From positions 6,200,001 through 6,264,000 of the forward strand of contig OZ249441.1 of NCBI GenBank assembly GCA_965235115.1: a stretch of DNA of 64,000 bases, read 5' to 3'. Each line of letters opens with the position of its first letter. Position 1 is the first letter of the stretch. Below the pieces are notes generated by a model. That model had not been told where the DNA came from. It ran no database searches and saw nothing but the letters and a program-made list of their open reading frames with translations. Made by a program: the position numbers and the translations under genes. Positions 54,564 to 64,000 of the stretch are shown in pieces. The DNA comes from Laetmonice hystrix. Lineage: Eukaryota.

Positions 54564-56172
54564 CATTTTTATGTACTTTTAACATTTCCTGCATTGGTTA
54601 TTCACTTTATTACATCTTTTTTTAAGTGAAGAGGGACCCCGACCACATCATGTTCTCCTCGGCCTCAGTCGGAAGTTCTTAAGGTAAATAGAATAAAATC
54701 ATAGATCTGGGTTTTCTCATTTTATTGCCGTTTTATTTGAGCTTTCAGTTCGTCACGCCCCGTCTGTGAGGGCCACGTAAGAGTTTGCCCTTTCACTGGT
54801 CGTGGAGCCAGTGGGCCTGGGTCTGACAATAGGGGTGAGTGACAGAGCTCTACCCTGCCAGGATGGGCCTTTTGACGGGCTCGGGGCAGTAACGGACAAC
54901 TCAGACGCAAGTCCTCTCCCTGCTCATTCAGGGTGTTACACACGGCTCGCTACACCAGCCGTTCTCCGGCAGACCTGGCACAAGTAAAGATCATGGCGTA
55001 TGGTCACCGTGTAACATTAGCCAATCATAGGGATCAGTCGTGGTAAAGAGGACTGCCCTAAGGGAGCAGTAATTATCTCAGACCATGCGGCAGGTCGTGG
55101 ACCGAGAGCAGTGACAGTGAATAGAAACCTTGCGAAGCACGGACACCCTGAACATCACCAACCACCTTGAATTACGTACGCTTCCTCATGTTAGAGGACC
55201 CAATATTGTCTACCTGGTGTGTGGTCCTGACTGGGGGCGGGAAGACTTGGTGCCATTCTCTTCATCTACTCGAGTAAAACTGGGCAGCAAACCACAGAAA
55301 TAGGTCAAGTGAATGACAGGTCACCCAAACTGTCTGATTAAACATGTTTACATCTCATATATTATGATTCCCATCTGAACTGCATCTGCCATAATTTGTC
55401 ATAAAACGACCTTCTCGAGTTTACCCAGTTTAAGGACACGCGAATCAGGTGAGTAGGAGGGGGGTCCGGAGTCAAGTTTGATGTGGTACAAATAAATCCA
55501 ATTTCACCGGTGGCGATCAAAAATACTGCTCGACGATTGTTGTGATCGTGACCTGGTTCATACGAGCTGAAGTCAAGGAGTGTGGTGGTGTGTCAAACAA
55601 TGTGTCAAACAATGCTACTGTATGGGTTGTCAGTCAAGTCAGGTCCCCTCATCTCCTATAAACCGGTCACTGACATACACACAAACCCACCCAGACTGAA
55701 CACCCTTCCTTTGATTAATACCCGTTCTAATAATCAACATGCACCCGTACTCTGGTCATATTTCAACTCTATCAAGAGTTATGCTGGCTTATTTATCAGT
55801 CTCAGAGTGAACGTTGTCGCCTCCTTGTTCGGTCAAAGCCAGGCCTCAGATCCTTTCATCGCACACATCAGGGCTCAACTATTGCTGTACTCTAATCATA
55901 AAACAGCCTTTTTAAGGGAGCGTGCGGCAAGTATTGAAAGAAAACTTCATTTTACATCTGCCGGCATCCAAGCATGAAGAATTAATGGCAAACCGACTTT
56001 GCCTTGCTATGCTCCAAAAGAGAACACTGTAAATGTTAAGACTTCATTCTGAAAGGGACCAAACTTTGCGCCTGCCTCCAATGTAAAGATCTGAGTGAGG
56101 CTGGGGGTTGAAAGGCTGTGTACCTGCCTCCGACGTAAATGTCTGACTGTAGATGAGGAGTGCACTACGTAC

Positions 56173-56289
56173 CGTGTATTTCTCCTTGTCATTGAGTCCA
56201 AGGTCATCGTTAGGAAAACGTTCCTGGACACTCTCCACCTTGTGTTCATTCTCCACCACAGAGAGTTCCTGCTCCCGCTCCTTTACCAT
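56173..56289 (-). CDS. ARHGAP20: ARHGAP20-like, probable first coding exon: MVKEREQELSVVENEHKVESVQERFPNDDLGLNDKEKYT
   Basis: ttgtag|ATG start, ACG|gtacgt donor, 117 nt, ends in phase 0 and joins in frame to the KMKALHSRRRSAP exon. No recognisable homology of its own; support is splice signals plus phase. Confidence 0.65.
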
Positions 56290-56536
56290 CTACAACACGG
56301 GTAGACAAGGGTTAATAGTGTACAACACGGGTAGACAAGGGTTAATGGTGTACAACACGGGTAGACAAGGGTTAATGGTGTACAACACGGGTAGGCAAGG
56401 GTCAATGGTGTACAACACGGGTATACAAGGGTTAATGGTGTACAACACGGGTAGGCAAGGGTTAATGGTGTACAACACGGGTAGGCAAGGGTTAATGGTG
56501 TACAACACTGGTAGACAAGGGTTAATGGTGTACAAC
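56290..56536. repeat. 30-bp minisatellite, ~8 copies, abutting the ATG exon
   Basis: Unit GTACAACACGGGTAG(A/G)CAAGGGTTAATGGT. Confidence 0.97.
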
Positions 56537-57726
56537 TAGGGTGAACGATTGGTAAACTGGTTGGGGAATTGCCTATTAAGACCTGTACCATAGAATATAA
56601 AATGGTTTACTTATTGTTCCCTTGATCGTAACAGAAACATCGAATGTTCACCTTTTTCATCCCTTGCTACCATGTATGTACAAGTATTTCTTCATACAGT
56701 GCCATATCGCCCACAGATTTGATTTATTAATATTTGACCCGGTTTTCTCTCTCTCAACGTTATCCAAATACACGAGGAATAACAAGTAGCATCTGCGGTC
56801 CAACAGCTGCCCTTTGGTAAACTCTAGCTTCAAATTTACTCACTGGTTTCAATAAGTTATTCACTGGTTTCAATAAGTTATCTTATGTAAATTTCCTCAA
56901 ATATGAAGATTTCAAACGTACTGTTTTAACCCTTGCTGCCGCCTTCGTTAGCTCCTCATAGTCCGGGTGAGTCGGGTCTGTTTCATGGATAAGTTCACTC
57001 AAGTAGGTGGCATAGGACGGCAGTCTTTGGACCTGCAAAACATACAGGGTTAAACGGTCAACATGGGTATGATCGCCGTCTTGTCAAGGAGATAGATCTA
57101 TAACATATCAATTTAATTTCTTTATATACGGATGTTCATTATGGTTTAATTCTTTCTGAGTAATATCGGGAGAAGTATCGGTACCTATGATATCTTATAC
57201 TAAATACTGCCTGTGTAACCTGCTGATCCTTCCATTCTGTAAATATGTACAAAAAGGACTTTTTTCCGACACGGAAGGAATCCTACCCACACCTTTGTGA
57301 CCACATATCCCTCTAACTTAACAGAGACATCCTTGTGTCGTCCAGGCTTGTGTGTACTATACTTGGGTTAGAGAAAACGGGGCAGATATATTCTCCATAA
57401 AAGCCCCTCTCCCACTCTATCCACATGTCTTTCCTGTTCAAGACCAGGACTACAGTTATTCCTCTATTGACACACATGGAAATGGAACTCATTGTCATGC
57501 TACGCAGGACTCCACAAAAGAAATCCCCTAAACCCGAATCTACACCTGAAAACCGTGAAAGAGGGTTGGGTCTAGCGTTTCACTTGTCCATAGAGGTGCA
57601 CTCGGTGACTTAGTGTCTGATTGAATAGGGTCGGGGGATTGGTGACAGGGACGTACGTAAGGAGCGATACCCACTAATCCTAACGTTACTGTTGACCGCC
57701 AGCAAACCGTCGATACGTGAACGCTC

Positions 57727-57750
57727 TGACGTCACGTCACGTCACGTGAC
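57727..57750. promoter_or_regulatory. Fused CRE and E-box cluster
   Basis: TGACGTCACGTCACGTCACGTGAC contains a perfect CRE (TGACGTCA) and GTCACGTGAC; about 1.4 kb upstream of the ATG exon. Confidence 0.35.
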
Positions 57751-58033
57751 CACACAGCGTTACTCACTCTCTGACTTTGTCCTTGACAGGCACCGAGAAA
57801 TTATGAATTGTTGGTCACAAAACGGTACTTTCCAAGTAGATAATTTTGGTCAGTTCCTGTTCTCATAAGACATTATGTGATATGGCAAGGTCACTATGTA
57901 AGATTCCGTATGAAACCCCTCTGCTGTTCATAATGGTTATAAACTTCCCGTTTTCCATACTCAAAACGATCACCGCACCGCGCTTGTTCCATTCCAGGTA
58001 CCTTTCGATTTAAAAGGATTGATTGCACCCATA

Positions 58034-58456
58034 GTTGTTCATATGTACCTGCCACAATAATGTACGAAACTGTTCAGCTGTTCATGGTTGTTAATATGTA
58101 CCTACCACAATAATGTACTAAACTGTTCAGCTGTTCATGGTTGTTCATATGTACCTACCACAATAATGTACTAAACTGTTCAGCTGTTCATGGTTGTTCA
58201 TATGTACCTACCACAATAATGTACTAAACTGTTCAGCTGTTCATGGTTGTTCATATGTACCTACCACAATAATGTACTAAACTGTTCAGCTGTTCATGGT
58301 TGTTCATATGTACCTACCACAATAATGTACTAAACTGTTCAGCTGTTCATGGTTGTTCATATGTACCTACCACAATAATGTACTAAACTGTTCAGCTGTT
58401 CATGGTTGTTCATATGTACCTACCACAATAATGTACTAAACTGTTCAGCTGTTCAT
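58034..58456. repeat. 53-bp minisatellite, 8 copies
   Basis: Unit ATATGTACCTACCACAATAATGTACTAAACTGTTCAGCTGTTCATGGTTGTTC. Confidence 0.97.
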
Positions 58457-61400
58457 TTTTAGGTCAGATAACAAAACACACACACACACATACACAAATA
58501 GTATCTTTACAGAAAGTAGGCGACCCCAGCTACTTTTTTACCTTCACTAAAGCACAAATTTAAGACATCTAACTTGGATATGAAATTTCACAACATGGGA
58601 CGATGTGTACATGCATTTCATTTAGAATCAGACATCTTCAAACATGCCTTTTGGCGATTCCCTGCAGGTATGTAAGAGAAGGGGCACTAAGGTTGTGTAC
58701 ACACAACGTTTATTCTCAGTCATCGACGACCTCATGGCCGTCTATATATGATTTCCGGCATGGCTCCGTCCCGTGCGTGCTCCAACTCTAAACGAGACTG
58801 CTGGTCCAATTATGACAATCGAAACCCTAACTGTCACCCTATAAAACCGGGAAAGTCACCAAGTCTTACATCTGGAGTTATTTATGAAAGTATGTGAGTG
58901 TTTTCAATCCAACCTTCCTCACGTCCCCATCCTTACAGGATCCTCCAACCCGCTTTATAAGTGAATAATCTACGTTCTGTGTATTGGCTGGTCAACTAAA
59001 ACCCTCCAATCAAAAGCTCTAGCCGGATTTTTGAACCTGAAGGTTCAGCATTTTGCAAACTACAAAACTCAGGGCATGTGGCAAATTGGCTTGTTTCGCT
59101 ATATAATTGTTCTTTTTGGTAAATTTACACACGACATGACCCTATAATGGCGTGCAGTAGAACTCCATGCTTTGGATGTGGATGTCGTTAGAACTACGTT
59201 TGGTGATAACAGCAATGGTAAACGTCGACTTGTTCCCATACTTGGATAACTCAACAAACACAGCAAGGGCTGAGTCAGGTAGAACTAGAGGGTCACTGAG
59301 TAAAGTTATACTAGTCGGCCGTCCATACGGTAACGGTGCCCTCCCAGCGTACTCTCTAAGCTCATCAATCTCTCTATGTGGGCCACATGGGACCCTTGTG
59401 CTACCTGCCTTACATACAACCAATGCTCTCCCCACGTCATAGAATCAATATCAACATTTCAACAGGCATCTGCTGAATTGGATTCAGAAGTGCACCCAAC
59501 TTCAGCATTCTGTAAATTGTGGATACTCCCCATGAAAAAAAGTAGTAGGAAATATTTCGTCTCCCCTCTCAAATTCTCAAGGGAAAAGCTTTCCTTAGAA
59601 GAAAATAAAACTTCAAGTGCGTTTTTAGGTAACTTATATCTATTTGCAGTGAGTTTTAAGATCACACAGCAGTGGGTGGTAAAGTCTTGTTCGAGCCGAG
59701 TTTAATGTTAGGTCCTGTTGTAGCCGTACTTGGCCAGTTGAAGTGATTAGCAGTCTGGCCATGGACTATCGGGACACTACGTCCTTGACGGGACCAAGTG
59801 AGGGTCCGTTCTGAGTTACCATATCCTGATCCGTTCGTGAACGGACAATAGATTAAAACACGGCTCCAGGCTGACACTGACCGCAGTATCTTCACGGCGT
59901 ACATTGGAATCTGAGGTTATAAAACCGAACATTCAACATCCTGAAATTCTTTCTCCCGTCAGGCCTGGTGTTATAAAAAAAATCTAAAAAATGTTCTTAG
60001 CCTGAAACAAAAAGCAGTGCAGAAATATTCACGACTTTCTAACAGTATCTGTAGTGTTGAGTTCTAAACATCGTTTGAAGCACACGCCCTTTCCATAAAA
60101 ACTTCCACCTCCCACTGATCAGAACAGGTTGTTATCATTTCCAACGAAAGCCCATCCCCTTCTAACGTATCTAAGTTATAGCGTTACCTCATAATCAGAC
60201 ATAACGGCAGTTTCACTAATAAAGTTGGTATGTTATGATTTCTCACATCCCTATACAATGCTCTGACTACAATTTATATCTTCCTCCAGCCTACCACAAA
60301 ACGACCTTTGACCGTATTCCGACGTTCCGCCACTTGTTGAGTTCAGTCAATTTGTGGTTAATGGACAGGACATGGCTGTCAGAACGTCAGATATACTTTT
60401 GATGGCTTTGTTGCCTTTATCAATGTTATTTCTGTCAGATATCTCCTATGTAAAGGCCAGTAAAAACACAACACATTCCCTGTGGGTTTCCAGTTGGAAA
60501 CGGAATGGCCTGATTCTGTCACCATTTGACGTCCAATAACAATATGATTAATATTCGTTGGTGTTTGATTGTCATGGCAACGTGTCTACCAGTTCCTGTC
60601 CTTTCAATACTGAACGGCTCTTGATATCCGCAACAAAATACCTCTCCAAATTACTATTCAATCGTTCTAAAATATTTCTCATTTAACGTTAGACTTTCCT
60701 TTGCCTTACCTCATATGACGGTTAGCTTTTCCTGGGAAGGATAATCAGTCCTCTTAGCACCTTGCCTACAACTTTAAATCGATCTCCTCCTCTGATCATA
60801 AAACCAGTTTTTGGTTAATAATATTCCCATTTTAGCGATAAGAAGACCACGTTTTCCGTGACGGTAGATTCTTGTGTCTCATCCAGAAGTAATTAACCAT
60901 CACACAGACCTGACCAACCACCTGTCTTACGTTTCCGTCAGTTCTGGCCAGGTCAAAAGGTCACCTCCAATACTCCACCAGTTAACGCGCCACCCGCCTG
61001 CTCGGTAAGATCAAAGAGTTCACACCTGAGTTAATGGCCCCCTAGGGACTGATGGACTCAAAGTGGGAGGGGGTATCCAGGAAATGACCCATTCACACCT
61101 CCCAACAAAAAGATCTAAATGCTAAGAGCTAAGGGCCAAATTGATGATGTATTCATCCTACCAGGCTATGGCCAAGGGTCAACTGGCAATCGTTCTATTA
61201 TTTCCCACCTAACACCAACCTTTTAGAATTTGTATGCATTTCAAACGCCTCCCATTTTCCATGCCAGTGAACACATCAAACTACGGTAAGGCATGCTCTA
61301 CGTCATGATCATTTTATCATGTCGTATAAATTCTAGAAAAGAAATTTTAATGACTTCAAGACACCATGCAGTGAAATCCAGCAATACCAGTTTGACCCCC

Positions 61401-62168
61401 CCCCCCCCTCCCCGAGATCTTCTACCACGACATGGCCTGCCACCTGGTGGCAGCGTTACTCCAGGCGTCAGCCGTTTTTATCGTTCTAAGAACAGGCCTG
61501 GTATCGGATGAGTTTGTTCATACAGATCCATGCTGTGTGCCTATATTGACACTATATAGAATCCTTTGACCCCCTTAAATTATTTTGTCTAATCTGAAAG
61601 AAAAAATTGAAAATATAATATTTAGACAACCTCTCGAGAAAAAGGAAAACGTGATCTGGTATTAGCCACCTGCATAGAAATAATGGTGCATAATATCTGT
61701 ACGTTTACATAGAGATCAAATATATCTCTTCCTTACACTTCAAGGCAGAGTCTGTGAATTCTGGCTTTCTCAGTTAATTTCCTCTCTAAACCAGTTCCTG
61801 CATAGCATAGATGTCTTAATCTACACTACCGATCTACACCACAGCTGGTCAAGCGTAGAGAAAAAGGGTTTCCTCAAACTATACGACCCGAACACACTTT
61901 TCACTTACTAAAAACCAAACTCCGTCGTCTACTGAAGGTGCCCTAACCTCATGGAGAAACTTATTTATATACAGTACCTTATGACCCAACCAGGCCCAAC
62001 GACACGATCAAATACACCTCTTTAAAACGGAGGGGAGGGTCAGTGCTACTTCCCCGAAATTACTCGCAGATTAGTGATAAACCTTTGGTTTACACAGACT
62101 GGGCGCTCCCTACACTATCCCTACTCTCATTCCGAAAACTGTCTGAACGGGTGACAACTACGGCTGTG

Positions 62169-62832
62169 CTACACTTTGTACCACTTCAACCAATCAAAAT
62201 GGTTACACTACACTTCATACCACTTCAACCAATCAAACGACGGTTACACTACACTTCATACCACTTCAACCAATCAAACGACGGTTACACTACACTTCGT
62301 ACCACTTCAACCAATCAAACGACGGTTACACTACACTTCATACCACTTCAACCAATCAAACGACGATTACACTACACTTCGTACCACTTCAACCAATCAA
62401 ATGACGGTTACACTACACTTCGTACCACTTCAACCAATCAAACGACGGTTACACTACACTTCGTACCACTTCAACCAATCAAACGACGGTTACACTACAC
62501 TTCATACCACTTCAACCAATCAAACGACGATTACACTACACTTCGTACCACTTCAACCAATCAAACGACGTTTACACTACACTTCATACCACTTCAACCA
62601 ATCAAACGACGATTACACTACACTTCATACCACTTCAACCAATCAAACGACGATTACACTACACCTCGTACCACTTCAACCAATCAAACGACGGTTACAC
62701 TACACGTACCACTTCAACCAATCAAACGACGGTTACACTACACGTACCACTTCAACCAATCAAACGACGGTTACACTACACTTCGTACCACTTCAACCAA
62801 TCAACCGACGGTTACACTACACTTCATTCCAC
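62169..62832. repeat. 41-bp minisatellite, ~16 copies
   Basis: Unit CTACACTTC(G/A)TACCACTTCAACCAATCAAACGACG(G/A)TTACA. Confidence 0.97.
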
Positions 62833-63252
62833 TTTGCCCCATTAAATTGTATTTCCATACATGGGTGCACCCCACCAAATCAAGCCACCGTTACAGCACA
62901 CTGTCCCTTTCATGATACCGTAAAATCCCCACAAACGAGCATTCACTTAGCACAAGGTGGCAGTCGACACACCTGTACAGGTGAGAGGGGGACGCCGACC
63001 GGCCCAGGAGACGCCCAAGGTGACGACCGTGAGCCCCCCCCCCCCCCCGTAACGAGGGTGGGCTTTAATTTGGTATTCAGTTTACCCCAACCCCCAACCC
63101 AACCCCCCACCCCTTACTCCGTAACCCAGCTTATAGTGGTGGTGGTGGTGGTGGTGGTGGTGGAGGGGGGGGGGGTAAATCCCTCCACTCCTGCCCTTTC
63201 ACCATTGTTGAGCGGTCGTCAGACCCGATCAGGGATCTGCCGTGGATAACAA

Positions 63253-63370
63253 GGGTACCACTGATAAACTACAGTGGGTACAACTGATAAACTACCGTAT
63301 GTACCACTGATAAACTACAGTGGGTACAACTGATAAACTACCGTATGTATCATTGATAAACTACCGTGGG
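63253..63370. repeat. 23-bp minisatellite, 5 copies, two alternating variants
   Basis: GTAC(C/A)ACTGATAAACTAC(A/C)GT(GG/AT). Confidence 0.9.
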
Positions 63371-63804
63371 TTCCACAAGTAAGGTGAAAGCTTCCTCCAC
63401 GCAATTACTGACCACACTCTTCACCTCAACCCCAGCTCTTCTCTCCCCCACACTCTCCACCACAACCACAGCTAATCCCTCCCCCCACTCTCTCCCGACC
63501 TGAGAAAGATATCTTCACAGAGTTTTATTTCTCGATCCTCTGGGACAACATTGAAACACCAAACCACTGAAATCGACCGACGTATATACAAAACTTGAGA
63601 GCAAAGAAAAAATCGGAGAATAGGGAAATTCAAATCGGACACGGTGGGCTTGGTTCTTTGTGTACAGTCGGAGATCAAACCTTCCACACGAGATACACCG
63701 TACAAAAGATATTGTTTCCCGACCAACAAAAGATCAGATGAAAAATTTGCGCACGGCACACTCTGTGAGTGTGACAAGGTGTTGTGTAATGAGTAAACTG
63801 AGGC

Positions 63805-64000
63805 GATACCTGGCCCAAACCACAGACCGAACGAGCTCAGGTCGCTTCAATCTGATCAGGAACGGTCGGCGTTTGTCCCTGATACCTGGCCCAAACCACA
63901 GACCGAACGAGCTCAGGTCGCTTCAATCTGATCAGGAACGGTCCGTGTTTGTCCCTGATACCTGGCCCAAACCACAGACCGAACGAGCTCAGGTCGCTTC
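63805..64000. repeat. 76-bp tandem repeat running off the window end
   Basis: GATACCTGGCCCAAACCACAGACCGAACGAGCTCAGGTCGCTTC at 63805, 63881 and 63957. Confidence 0.95.

Noticed and set aside
59142-59435. AVFVELSK resembling the LINE RT motif AVFLDLSKAFD
   Set aside because: The flanking RT motifs (QYGFR, AFD, YADD) are absent; probably chance.
62043-63249. 290-aa and 357-aa ORFs
   Set aside because: They come from the 41-bp array; the same peptides cycle through all frames.

Overview
Eukaryotic, intron-rich genomic DNA, probably an invertebrate such as a lophotrochozoan or mollusc (inference from repeat style only). The one gene I can support is the 5' part of an ARHGAP20-like RhoGAP on the minus strand. 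Seven GT-AG exons (56289 down to 5672; 738 nt, 246 aa) join in continuous frame and encode an N-terminal RRRSAP segment, a PH domain and the start of an RA domain. The GAP domain presumably lies beyond coordinate 1. An eighth exon (41465-41550) is phase-compatible as an alternative first or mutually exclusive exon. The introns hold about 26 mutually unrelated minisatellite arrays (about 11 kb, roughly 17% of the window by hand count), several MITEs and many poly-G/C tracts. Almost all long entries in the ORF track are repeat artefacts. I found no CRISPR array, intact transposase or RT, rRNA or tRNA, and no novel multi-gene system. The most interesting signals are the alternative N-terminal exon, a minisatellite built from a 3' splice-site module, and several snapshots of how tandem arrays arise.
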